A stretch of 64,000 nt of DNA from Moniliella sp. 'wahieum' (taxonomy: Eukaryota). Within the stretch, counting starts at the first letter, position 1. Every line of letters starts with the position of its first letter. The translations under genes and the position numbers were made by a program. Location: assembly GCA_003971905.1 (NCBI GenBank), contig RSEE01000028.1, positions 1-64,000 of the forward strand. Reading direction: 5' to 3'. The notes under the pieces are model-generated. The model saw only the letters and a list, made by a program, of their open reading frames with translations, made no database searches and was not told the origin of the DNA. This document shows positions 38,440-50,769 of the stretch, one piece after another.

Positions 38440-38890
38440 GGGGGAGCGGTCGGGAGCGGTGGGCAGCAAGGCGGGTAGCCGAGGGCGCTGCGGCAAGCGA
38501 GCACGGGCGCCTGCTGGGCCGGCGGGTGGGTGTGGGGCTGGCCTGTGCTGGCTGTGCTGGCTGCTGGCGGGGCCTGCTCCCCGCTGTCATCTGTCACATG
38601 TCACTCGTCACTCAGTACTCATACGCGCTACCCTCCAGTTTCAACTTTCACCTGTGTCCAACGTCCACCAGGGTGCCGGCCTGTCCCACATCCCCGGCCC
38701 CATCGCGGTGCCTGCGTGATAACTACTCGACGGTCAGATCTCAGATTCAGGGTATGAATGTGATGGATGGATGGTGCAAGACGCAAGGTGTCCATGGGCA
38801 CATGCCATTAAGAGCAACAGACCTCATCCGCTACCAACACGGATGGTCGGTGCACAAGGATGTTTAGGGAGAGAAAGAGGATTAAGATGA

Positions 38891-38935
38891 GGATTGGATT
38901 GGAATGGATTGGAATGGAATGAATGGAATGGAATG
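38891..38935. repeat. (GGAAT/GGATT)n pentamer microsatellite
   Basis: ggattggattggaatggattggaatggaatgaatggaatggaatg. Confidence 0.85.
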
Positions 38936-39389
38936 ATTCGGACAGCTCTAATCGATAGAATCTCGCACCGACCCGCTGAGACGTGAGGCCGACAAGACGG
39001 TACTAGGAGAGGTGGCGCGCCTGCATGCCAATTGAAAGCCGACAGGTGCGCGCGCGCGAGCAAACGTCCAACAAGGGAGTATGGATCCCCCGCCGCGCCC
39101 GAGTCCAGTCAGGGCAAGAGGGGGAGTGGAAGAATGGATGCGTGCGATGCCCGACAAGCCGCTGGCAGGCGCACAAGGAACAGGGAAAAGGGGAATGGGA
39201 ATGGGCGAATGGGCGAATGGATTGTAAAGGCGACAGGACGCTCCTTTCGGAGGAGAAAGGGCCCACAACGCAAGAGAGAGGTGGATTATACGGTAGTGTA
39301 CATAGACAGAGGGGACCGCGAAAGCACAGAATGTGTGCCAGTCGAGCACTCGAGCAGCAACCGCCAGCGGTACTGTGCTCAGCGAGGGC

Positions 39390-40718
39390 TCACATGCGCC
39401 TGGGGAAGGCATGGGTACGGTCCAGATCTCGCTTCGTGGCGCGGGTTGCATCGGGGTGGGCCGGGGTAATAAGCCGAGGCGCTGGCGGCCGAAGGCTGGA
39501 CCAAGGCTGCACGGGAGCCCTGCTGGTCCGACATGACCCATTCGGTGTGCTGGGGCATGGACATGGGCATGGGCATGGGCACAACGGAATCGTCGTCGAA
39601 TAGGCGGCCGAGTCTTTCTCCTTGCCAAACATACTCACTACTCGGGACCCATTCGGGGTGAAATCCGAAATGACTTCCATCTCGGCCTGCGAAGCGGGAC
39701 GCGAGCTTGATTGGTAGTCCTGGAACACGTCGTAAAACCCGCGTTTTTTGTGGGGGTTGCGCGGTGGAGGGGGCCTTGCGTTCCACTTGAACAGGGCGGA
39801 CAAGCCCCGTTCGTTGGTCTTCTTAGCTGCGCCGTGGCACTTTTCCCACATGAGCTCCGGCGGGGGCAGAGGAAGGAAGGGTGGGCAAAGACAAAGACGG
39901 AAAGCGCAATAAAGATCATGGTGGCATCAAAGATGGGGAACCACATTTCGTGGGTCGAAAGGTAGCCGGTCCAGCCTTCTTTCATTTCGACGCAGCGGTA
40001 GATGCAGCGAATCAAGATAAAGATGGAAGAAGTCAAGTTGGCCGCTGCCAGCACGACCAGGCCTGTTGACCACCGTGTTCCTCACGACCTTGCGCACGAT
40101 TCCGCCGGTAGAGGCGGTAGTGACGGATCATAAAGTCCGTGAGGAAGATAAGGAACGGGCCGGTGATGCACCTGGATGATAACCCCGGCCAGGGCAATGT
40201 TGGAACGTGGTGGACACCTACTTTGGTGGAGGCCGTGGCACTCATCGCTCCTCCCGCAGCTTGGACAATGAGCGAGATGACATCGCCGTGACGAAGAAGG
40301 CAATGTACACTTTGGTGCTGCCACCGGGCCAGCTCGGTGCCAACGCTGCACATGATGCGTTCCAACACACACATAGTTGGCCGCACTAATGAGATGGGGG
40401 CAATGATGAGCGTGACCAGCTGGGCAATGTACGGATTGGCCTGGAAAAAGTGGTAGTGGCTGATGGTCCGCGCCACCCAGCCCACCAGTTCGCCTACTGT
40501 GCACACGACGGCCAAGAGCATAAACCCGCCGCGGCGGAAGCGATGCGGCCAGAGGGCAAAGGCAAGGTGGATGACGAGGAGGAAGGAAAAAGAGCGCTGA
40601 AGAGGATGCCGACCCAAAGGGTGGGAATGTACTTGTACGGTGCATGCTGTAGCTGGCAAATCGAGCCCGGGGTGGAATCGATAGCGTGGCAGTGAGAAAC
40701 CTCCTTGTATGCCCCCAT
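39390..40718 (-). CDS. RTA1/Rsb1-like (lipid-translocating exporter family) membrane protein
   Basis: PYKYIPTLWVGILF; GELVGWVAR; YIAQLVTLIIAP; DVISLIVQAAGGAM; LIRCIYRCVEMKEGWTGYLSTHEMWFPIFDATMI...HP. The 3' end is approximate. Confidence 0.9.
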
Positions 40719-42627
40719 GGTACGTCGTGGCGGGCGTAAAAGAAGGTAAGAGGGGCGAGAGAAGGATGGGGAGGTAGGATGCGAGTCGAGGGCCGGTGAA
40801 GAAGAGAAAACAACGAAGGCGAGAGAGGGGCCCGAGCTCGTGAAGGATTCGAGCAGGAGTGGTGGTGGTGGTGTGGTGGGGAGGAGAGGCGGGAAAAGGA
40901 TGCTGCTCCTGCGGGCTGCTGTGGCTCTGGACGGGTATGAGTGTGTGGTTTGCGCAGTACACTTTGCATTTCACCAGAGTGCCTCCGGTCGTGGAGCGGG
41001 ACTGGCGTGTGGTATGCGGGATGCGCTGCCCAAGCGCAGCGCAGGGCAGCGAGCGAGAGGCCACGCGCCGCAGACTGCCCCAGTGCCCATGCCGAGCGGG
41101 TGGAGCGTTCCGGCCGGACCGCACGAGGCGAGTGTGCAGGATGCTGCGCGGGTGAGCGCTGGCTAGTGGCTAGGAAATGCGGTTGCTGTTTTCCCCGCTC
41201 ACGCCCGTGCCGATCATCATGCATCATGGGCCGATCCGACACTGGGCCCCTGCCTGCTATCGCCCGTCGCCTGCCCCACGCTTGGCAGGACAGACAGGCT
41301 TGTCTTCCCCGCATTGCGTCAGAGTGCAGCCGCACTCCCCCCGTGCCAGCTGTGCCTGTGCTGTGCGCTGCTGTGCCTGGTGGGTCTCAGATCTCTTCGG
41401 CTATAGAGGTGCCTGTGAGATGTGAGATGTGAGATCCGCCTGCTAACAAAGAGGTCTTGCCTTTCCTGGGCGGAGCGCGTGAGCGCTCAGGTTGAGCTCT
41501 GGGGGGTGGCCGGTGGACTGTGGGCTGTGGGCACCCGGCAGCGGCCGCACATCCTGCCGTCGCTTTCATCGTGGGCAAGAATCGGGCTCAGGCGCTCAGG
41601 CGCTCTCTTTGGCGTGACGGGGTGTCTTCGGCACTTGAAGGACATGTAACGCGCGCGTAACGTGGAACTTGGATGGTATGCAGCACGGGGCCACACGAAA
41701 ACTGTGATGACTAGCTTGCTGTGATGAACCCGATGAACTCGATGAACCCTAGGCGCTAGGCCTTTCAATCGATACCCATTAATCATTAGTCACTCCGTGG
41801 TCTCCTCGCCTGTCCGACCAAAGGCCTCCGAGGGCCGGTCTGGAAAACGGTCACACGAGCGGTCAGACGATCAGGCTCAGGCAATAGGGGTGCCTATTGT
41901 TAGACTGCCGCGTGAGGCGTTACGTTACACCGAACGCTTCTCGTCCCCGCGACGCGTTGATTGAGGCTCAACACGTTGAGCCCATCCCCTCCTTCCCGCC
42001 CTGAAAGGCCTGAAACCCAGGCCCCGCGGGCGTAGGCTTCCCGTCGGGCAGGTATGCCTCCACCTCGGACGTGGCAACGCGGGGGAACGTTGACCGTGTG
42101 ACCTCACACGTTCAACCACACAAACGCGGGAACAGCACGCGACGGTACACTGCACGACTTGGAGCTTCGCCTATAGGGTCCAGGAACGGGAACGCGGTAG
42201 CTCCTTAGTACTAGGAACAGTAAGTAGCAACTTGGTTCGCCAAGCTCAAAGGGCTAACTGCGCCAACTGCTAATTCCTGGATCCACAGCCTCTCCTTTCT
42301 ATTGTTCACAGGCACTCGGCTCAGTACTCAGTAATACTCGGTACTCGCTCGCTCTGCCGCGGTTCAAGCTTCAAGCTTCAACGCGGGTGGATACGGCTCG
42401 GTGTTTCCTCCGTGCCGCATCGCCTGCAACGGTACACCCGCGGACAAACAGGAGGGGTTGCAATGGCACACATGGACATGGACCATCGATCGCATCTCAT
42501 GCGAAGGTGTGCTTGGCGCACTCAACACGAGAGAATCTACCTGACCTTAGGCCACACGAGGCAGCCTAACCATGCCCCAAAACAACAGGGAACGAGTCAT
42601 GGGCGTTCCAGCTGAGCGGGCGGAGTA

Positions 42628-42670
42628 CTGAGTAGAGCGAGTAGTGAGTAGAGAGTAGAGAGTAGTGAGC
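42628..42670. repeat. Degenerate (GAGTAGA/GAGTAGT) tandem repeat
   Basis: tgagtagagcgagtagtgagtagagagtagagagtagtgagc. Confidence 0.7.
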
Positions 42671-43264
42671 TAACGCGGAGCCGAGAACTCAAAGTCCAAA
42701 AGCGTCAAACGTCCCAACGTCAAAAGTTCAACGGCAACCATCTCGCCCCCCCAACGTCTCAACCAAGGTGACGCCATACCAGGCGCGAGGAGCGGAGGAT
42801 ACGCGTGATTCATGCACATGGTGGATTGGAGACAGAAACCAAGAACAAAGAACAACAAACAAACCAAAACACACAAGAGGGTCTCCAGTCCTACTTGGTT
42901 GCAGCGATGAGAACCACACCCAAAACGCATCGCATCCACGAGGGGACAAAGAGGGGGGCCAACCGGTGGGATCGTAGAGGGGCGCCGCGCAGGGGGGGAG
43001 GACGGGCCAAAAGGAGTAGCGACGGGAAACAGTAACGGATGAGAAAAGGAGCCAGAAAGTACAAGGAGAGACATCAACATGAGAGAAACCGAAGCACGCC
43101 GAGCGTCGTACAGCTTCACGGGGAAAGTGGAGCGAGAGTGAGACAAGACAGAAAGACAGTGACCGTAGCAGCGTTCGCACCAAGGACACAGAAGGAGGAA
43201 CAACGTGTAGAGGAAGACAGAGAGGTAGGGAGGGTAGGTGCGGGGACGCGGGGAGAGCAGGTGC

Positions 43265-44336
43265 TTAGTTCATCCGCTTGGTCAACTTGGACCACATGCT
43301 CGCCCGCCGTGTCGGAATCGGGGCGCTCCCCCCTACTTTGGGCGGGGGCTGGGCAGGGCCGAACCGAGGGACGGGATGGACTGGCTGCGCGCTTGGACAC
43401 GCAGAATGGGTGGCGGCGCGTCCCCGCGTTACTGCCGCCTTGGAACAGAAGCGGTGGGCTGCCGGTAGAAGAGGCGGCCAAGACGGGGGACCGGGTGGGT
43501 GCTGGCACTGGTGGTGCGGGGCAGGGTGGACGGGGAAGTAGGACTGGTACTGACGGTTTCCTCGGGGGGAGCACTGCGTTTGCCCGAATGCAGGGTAAAC
43601 CGACGCGTTTGCGCCGTTCGTGATGGGAGCGCTCTTGGCGTGCGAGCCCACGCGGGACCAGTCGCGTTCGGGCAGGGACTAGCACTGGCCACTTGGCTCT
43701 CGGGCTCGGCATTCAACGATCCGGTCGGCGAGGCACGACGGCCGCCGCGCAGAATCGCTTCCATGTCCCACTCGGACGAAGCGGCAGAGGCCGTGGCGCC
43801 ATCCAGCTGGGCACCATAGACGCCATGCGCACGACGGGTAGGCGCGGCATACTGCTCGCCCTCGGGGGTGGCAAAGTCTGCCACGGCTCGGGGTTGACCC
43901 CCACAGATCATTGGAGGGTTTGCTGGCGTGGGTCCGGTTCGCAGCCGACGCACGGGCAAACGCAGTGGAGCCGGGGACATGGGACATGCCGTGGCTGGAC
44001 GCGCCGAGGCCGGCTACAGGGCCCTCGTTGAGCCCGGGGGTGGGGATGCCAGAGGAGCTGCCGAGGGTATAGGTGCTGTCGGCGGCGGTGCCGGTGGCGG
44101 AAAAGGCGCGGACTGGCGGAGCAGAGGCGGTGCCACGGTTGCGGTGGGGGGTCAGGGCATCGTAGGCGAGTCGTGGTGCATGCGGCCGGTGGAGGTGGAG
44201 TTGTCGAGGGCATCGATGACGTCGGTGCGCTGGTGGGTGCGGCCGGGGGTGGAGGAGGCGGGCGGGGGGTGAGGGGGGGGCAGCGGTGGTGGGGCGGGGG
44301 CGGTGGGTGCAGACTGCGCTTCATGGCGGCAAGCAT
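43265..44336 (-). CDS. Pal1-family cell morphology/endocytosis protein
   Basis: HQRTDVIDALDNSTSTGRMHHDSP matches the Pal1 DxIDxLD...HHDGPFDA motif. Also DLWG..PEPWQ.FA and a C-terminal RRASMWSKLTKRMN*. Frameshifted. Confidence 0.65.
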
Positions 44337-44831
44337 GGTGGCGGTGGGGGGGAAGCGGTGGTGGGGGGAAGCGGTGGCGGTGGCAGAGCGCTGGATGCGG
44401 GGGCCGGGCGGCGGGGGAGGCTGGGGGCGTGGGCGTGGTGCGGGAGCTGGAGCAGCTGGCGGAGCAGCAGGGCGAGTATAGCGGATGCGGGCGTGCAGAT
44501 GGGCGGGGAGGCTGGCGCTGCGCGGGGCGGCTGAGTGCCGGCTGCTGTGGGATCTGGACGGAGCATCGTGGCTCCGGTCGATCGAATGGAAAGCACCCGG
44601 CTGGGGCGGTGCCTGGCTGTGCGCTGCCCTGGCAGCTGGCGTGTCCCGCACGGCCTCGCGTCTCACGACTCGCATCCAGCTGATCTCGACAAGCACACTC
44701 GCGTGTGTGCCGCCGTGCGCCGCCCTGGCTGCGCCGCCCCGATAGCGCCCTGCTGGCGCCCCGCCGGCCGGCCCCGCCCCACCACGCCAGTGCAGCCCAA
44801 TCGTTGCATCGCGGTCGCTGTGGCCGCCTAT

Positions 44832-44876
44832 GGCCTGCTGGGGCCTGCTGGGGCCTGCTGGGGCCTGCTGGGGCCC
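44832..44876. repeat. 10-bp tandem repeat (GGGCCTGCTG)x4
   Basis: ggcctgctg gggcctgctg gggcctgctg gggcctgctg gggccc. Confidence 0.9.
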
Positions 44877-45699
44877 CTCGTGACGTGACGTGTGATGCCA
44901 TCAGTCAATGAATAGACTGGGGCACCAGCAACTCGGAGGGGAGGGGGAGAGGCACAGGGCCAGTGCTTACTCGGGCAACTTGCTCTGGGTGCCAGAGCCC
45001 ACCAGGGCGTAAACGCGTAAACATAGCACCACCCGTGTAATAGCGCTAGTGCCCCCCGCCACCGCAGCCCAGCGGGCAGCAGCGACATCCGAGATCTGAC
45101 AGCTGCGCCTCAGGCCTCAGGGCGCATGTGAAGTGTTCCATGTCATCGTCATCGTTCGCCAGCCATCAGCGCATCAGCCACCAAGCATCTGACCATCCCC
45201 ACCTGCTCTCCGCCGGCCCCACCATCTTCCACCAAGGGCGAGAGTTTATGTCTAGGCTACCCCCCGTGGCACGAATCAGGGAAATGATGCAAAGATCAAG
45301 TATTGGACAAGGGAGGGTAGGGCGCATGGGAGAGGAGAGGGAAAAGGCCACCCCCGTCATAAACAGAGGCAAGCACGAAAGGAAAGAGAGGACGACTGCC
45401 ACGCCATCCTGCCCAAGTTGATCGAGTGACTCGGCTCGCCACCAGGGTGCGGGGGAGGGGAGAAGGAAATGGGATGCAGTCGGGTGCGTGGCGAGCCAAT
45501 CAGGGAGAAAACGAGACAGGTTCAAGCACAAGCACAAACACAGGCCACAGCCAGCGTGACCCACCATCCATCCACCTCGTGGACACGGGGGCGGAGAAGA
45601 GAGTAAAGTCCATGCCGCAACGTGGCGAACGAAGAGCAAGGAAGAACGAGACCAAGAGCAAAGATGGAAGGTGAGGGGGAGGTAGGCGAGGGGGAAAGC

Positions 45700-46566
45700 T
45701 TAGCAGTTGCATCCTTCCGACCGGGTCTGGGCCGAGTTGAGGTCCACCGGTTCCCCTTTGCTGGCCCGCCTGGCCAGACGCCGTGTTCTGGCGCGCGCGC
45801 TGGGCCAAGATCTCATCCATCGGGATCTTCTTGGCAATCTCCGTAAACACCTCTTCCACCCCGGCTCCCGTCTTGGCCGACGTCTCAAAGAAGAGCAGGC
45901 CGGCTTCCTTGGCATACGCTTCGGCCTCCTCCCGCGGAATGGCACGCTTGACCACCGGCGTCTCTCGGCCTCGTGCTCGTCAGCCCCGTCTTCGGCCTCG
46001 GCAGCCTCGCTCGCCGCACCTCCCTCCTCAGGGGTGAGAAGGTCAATCTTGTTGCCCACCAGGGCAATGATGATGTTCGCATTCGCTTGGCGCTGCAGCT
46101 CCTTGACCCAAGACTTGGCCTTGTCGTACGAGTTGGCCTTGAGCACATCGTACACCACAATGCTTGCCTGGGCATTGCGGTAGTACATGGGCGCCAGCGA
46201 GTGGAACCGCTCCTGGCCAGCCGTGTCCCAGATCTCAAACTTGATAATCTTGTCCTCCAGACGGCACTTTTGCTACCAGGTCCATAGCAGCCAGGCACAG
46301 GCACGGGCAAACAAGTCAGCACAGATCTGCGCGCACACCACGCCTGCATCGCAATCGCCTTTGCACACGCCGGGGTGAGGAGGAGGGGAACGTACCGTCA
46401 AGAAGGCAGCGCCAATCGTCGGCTCCTTGTTCTCCTGAAAGTCGTCGGATACGAAGCGGAGGACAACGGAAGACTTGCCGACAGCCGCCTCGCCCAGGAG
46501 GACAAGTTTGGTCTGGAAGGGCTTCTGGGGGCTGGTGCCCGCGGCAGACGAAGTGGGAGCAGACAT
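45700..46566 (-). CDS. VPS21: Rab5-family GTPase (Vps21/Ypt51-like)
   Basis: [35 protein letters not shown]; intron; [38 protein letters not shown]-terminal CNC prenylation motif. Confidence 0.93.
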
Positions 46567-46988
46567 GGTGGGAGATGGGAGTCAAGGGGGGGGGTGGCAG
46601 CAGTGGCGGTGGGTATCAGGGCGGTGGTGGCAACGGCGACGACGCGGCGGGCGCCTGCTCTGGGGTCCTCAAGAGAGAATGGGAGGTGCCAGGTTGGCAG
46701 GGCCAGCCCTGGTGCTTACCTCAGCCAGGGTGGCCGCGCGCCGGGTTGGACAGCCACGCACACTGGGCTTGTGCTGCCATGGCCGACCCACCTGTCCCCG
46801 CTGGCCAGTGCTGCGCGACCGGTGAAACGCAGCGCAGCACTGCAACGGGACTCCCCGGTTCGTCAGGTAGGGTTACGCATCTGTGACTAGTGACTAGTGA
46901 CGTGTGATGCTGCTGAAAGAAATTATACATTTGAAACCCGTTTGGAGGGGCGGTGGGTGATGTAATGTGTGATGTGTGCTGTTCCAGC

Positions 46989-47052
46989 CGCCTGCGGCCT
47001 GCTGCCTGCTGCCTGCTGCCTGCTGCTGCTGCCTGCTGCCTGCTGCCTGCCT
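46989..47052. repeat. (GCCTGCT)n heptamer repeat
   Basis: gcctgctgcctgctgcctgctgcctgctgctgctgcctgctgcctgctgcctgcc. Confidence 0.9.
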
Positions 47053-47741
47053 CGCGCCTCGGATACGGTGACGATGGCGGTGGCGGTCCCCTTCTCCCCG
47101 TTTTCCAAGCTGCTTTGGGCGGCTACACATGTGACAGAGGCCTTGCCGGAGGTCCGCTTGTACTTTTCAACCAACATGGCGGTGGTGGGCAAGCCCCTGG
47201 TCCCGCCTGAGCCTTAGACCAGAGAAAGGTGCATGGGTCGCTGCACAGCGGATGTTGGAGAAGCTTGGGGGGAGGGGTGACTGCTGGCAGATCCATCGGC
47301 CCAACGAGAGGAGATAGGGGGCGAAGGTATGGAGCGCCTTGGCGAGTGTGCGACGGCGCACAGTGGTGAAGGCGTTGGTTAAAGTCGAGCATGGCGACGT
47401 GGATGAAGTCGCCCATGACAGTTCCGCGTCGTTCTCCCCGCCTGTCGCTGTCATGCGCTCGACCATCCGCACGATAGATTCTACCGTTATATTCTCGAGT
47501 CTTCTATACACAGAAAATTTGCCGGGATGAAACTGGTGGCCAAGTCGCTATGAAGTTTGAAGGGCGGAGCCACTGTTGATACTAATGCAATTGGGAAGAG
47601 TAAGTGGACACCAGGTCCATATGATAAGAGGGGGTATGCGAAGGTTCTCTGCAATTGACCATCAGTTAGAGCCATATGACGCATGAAGAAGCATATTATA
47701 GCTGTTGCAATGGCACGACCAAAAGTGTGTACTCTTTAGTC

Positions 47742-49086
47742 TTACTCTTCTTCTTCTTCTTCTTCTTCCGACTCCGAATCACTGCAAGAATTCTTCTGGC
47801 GCTCATATTCCTCCACGAAGGATGGGGCCAAGTCGCGTGCTCGTTGAAAGAGGCGGTCGACGGGCACGGGTGCTTGAGGGTCGCCCCATGCCCCGGAAAC
47901 ACGCACGAGAGCAAAGGAGATGAAGAGTTCCTTCAACAAAACTGAAGCTGAACTGATCCGTTTCCTTGGCCAGCTGCTGAGCCACGGCCGAAATCGAATC
48001 ATACTCCCCCTCGAGCACAAGAGAATTGGCCGTACTTGTCTTGCAGCCAGCGTAGGAGGTAGGTGTGGCGCAACTGTTCGTCTGGGAGGTCAAATTCGTA
48101 CTTGGTGTCGAAACGCGAAGGGCGCGAGAGCAAAGCAGGATCCAACCGATCCGGATGGTTGGTCGACGCAATAATCAGAAGGCCGTGGTTTGGGGTGATT
48201 CCATCCAGCTCGTTAAGCAGGACCGAGAGACGGGTGTGCTTGACCAGCGAATCCAGGTCCTCCATCACCAACACGCAAGGGGCCACTTTGCGTGCTTTGG
48301 AAAAAATCCGCGGCAAGTCGCCAGAACGGTTCGCCCCCTTTACCATCAGAACCTGTTGCTTCCCTTTCAGGTTGCGAAGCACGGAGCGGATCGTACTCGT
48401 CTTCCGTTCCCAGGCGGGCCGCAGAGAAGAAGACCGCGCCGCCAGGGTGCGCCAAGTGCTTGTACATCTTCACTTTGGAAAAACGTCTGTGTGTCGCGTT
48501 CGAGCCACAGTCGTACATTCCTTGAGCGTCAAGGTATCCTGGGGCGAATGATGAAGTTTCTCATACATACTCCCGGACTTACGCCACATGCAGTTGTCAT
48601 ACACCCACACGAAGGGGCCGGGGCAATTTCCGCGCGGGTCATGGCGTCAAGCAATTGGAGCGGGACCCTACGTTTGCCCGAGTCGAGGTCGACGATGGCC
48701 TCCAGGACATAATCATTGGGTCCCCAGTTAGTGATCACCATCACAGTCACATGGTACAAGCAGCTTGGTCTCGGAAAAGGTAAAGCCAAGTGTGCCCGTA
48801 CGGAAGGATTGAGCTGCGGAAGAGGTACACTTATCCGTCCTTTCTTCCCGTCTTCTTTACTTTGCGCGAGATTCCAGGCGTCAAACGCGTGAGCGTCCCT
48901 TCCTCCTCCTTGACCAGTCCCGATGACACAAGGAACGGAACCACACTATTGTCCAGCGTAGTGACCACCTCGGCCCAGGGTGGGCGGCTTGCACTTGACG
49001 GAACAGGCGGTAGTACAGGTCGTCAGTTTTGTTTTGTTCAGGATGCCATCCATGGAGGCGAGGAGGTCGAACGAGGACGGTTGCAT
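47742..49086 (-). CDS. Single-domain AAA+ ATPase of uncharacterised fungal type (frameshifted)
   Basis: Walker A region RRGLLLCGPPGNGKT; Walker B VLVMEDLDSL; LNELDG..IASTNHPDRLDPALLSRPSRFD (second region of homology); acidic tail SESEEEEEEEE*. Confidence 0.8.
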
Positions 49087-50769
49087 GGTCAAGGAGAAAT
49101 GACACTGGGGAGAGAGATAGCAATGGCGAAGGGGAAGAGAGATGGGGGGTGAAGGGGATAGTGTAAGGAAGAGGGTGGAAGAAGTGGGTTATTTATTCAG
49201 TCCACAGGCCGATGCGCCCGGTGGCGATGGGCAGCTGGATGAGCGATGAGCTTATCTTGATATCTCGGTCGCCGTCGCCGTCGCTGCCGCTTCTCCATCA
49301 CACGCTTTTGTGAGTCAGGCGAGTCACACGGGACATTACACCAGCTCGCACGTCCGGATTATTTCGGTTGCCCCCCGTCGCTGCCACTTCTATCGTAGCT
49401 CTTGGCTTCCATACAACCAGCGTCCCGTTGCGCGTGGTGCGGGTCTACTTTGAGCGCTCAGGCTGAGCCTCAACCATGTCGCATTGTGATCCACGTCATC
49501 TCGCACAGGGGACCACCGCTTGGCTCTGTTGGTACGTTAAAACCCGGCCACACCCTCTCACGCTCTTCTCATCCCCCGCCCGGCGAGGTGACCGGGCGGT
49601 GACCTGACCTCCCGAAAGAAGGGGCCATCGGACTTGCACCTGTACTCAGTGTACTCAGTACACAGTCCGGAGACCTCCCTGTTTCCATCGGGCGAGGAGG
49701 CTAATTTACCCTCCCCTCGATCGTTCAAGGCAGTACGCTCCGGCCACCTACCCAATTGGGGCAAACCGGGGCAGTGAACGCGAGACTGTCGGAATACGTT
49801 CCAAAGCATAATCGGTCGTGGTCGAGGTATAAACTCTGGCCTAGACGAAGTAGTAGGGCTGAGGTCGATAAGGAAAGGCACCGCGCCGGGGCGGAGATGT
49901 TTATGTTTGGCCTGTGGCAACTAGTGTGCTGTGGATGCGATGGGACCAGGCCCCCGGTTGCGGTGGGTGAAGGAGGGTCGAGGGTTTGGGGCCTAGGGAC
50001 AGGGGAAAGGATGCGATGGCTGGCGATGTCACTCCTGGTTGGAGGGAACGAAATGGTTTAGGATGCCCACACACAAGCCACAGAGCGGGATGAATGGATG
50101 GTCGATGAAGCGCGATGTGGGAGAGCTATGACTGTGTGAGGCCAGGACTATAATTTCGAGAGTCCGCACAACCGCACAACATGCTGCGGCAATCACGCGC
50201 GCGACCTCTCGTGACATGGAAAGAACGGGTTGCTGGTCGCTAGAGGCGAGGAATGGAACGCTCAGCTGTGTGCTGATCTACGATGGGGGAGCAAGGGTAT
50301 GGCAGGCGATGGCGATGGCGATGGCGGTGGCGATGGCGAGAGTGATAACACTGATAGCGACTTGCGTGCAGAACCAGTCGGCGGGGCTGGGCAGGTGGGG
50401 TGAGGATTAGGTAAGTGATGAGTCGTGGAGTCGTCAGAACGGGCGCAGCTTGAACATTGAAGGGTGCGTAGATAGCTGGGGCAGGGGGGGTGCGCTCCTA
50501 TCGACGCCTGACAATTACAGCCACATCTGCCTTCAAACGCACAGGGCCACGCCAACGCCAGCGCCCACGCCCACGCCACACCAACACCACCGCCACCGCC
50601 GCCACCGCCACCACCACCACCACCACACCACACGCCAAGCCAGCTTTGTCCCGTCTCTCTCCAGCTCCGCTCTGCCTTCTGCGCTTCTCCTCGCCCCCAC
50701 TCACCTCCCCTGCGCCCCCCCCCCGCCTGCCCGCACCCACCCCCACGTCTGGGCTCGATCCCTGCGCCC

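Noticed and set aside
38891..38935. GGAAT repeat suggesting human satellite contamination or a centromere
   Set aside because: Only about 45 bp embedded in fungal intergenic DNA; an ordinary microsatellite.
44832..44876. Tandem repeats as a CRISPR-like array
   Set aside because: No spacers, a eukaryotic context and no cas genes; these are simple minisatellites.
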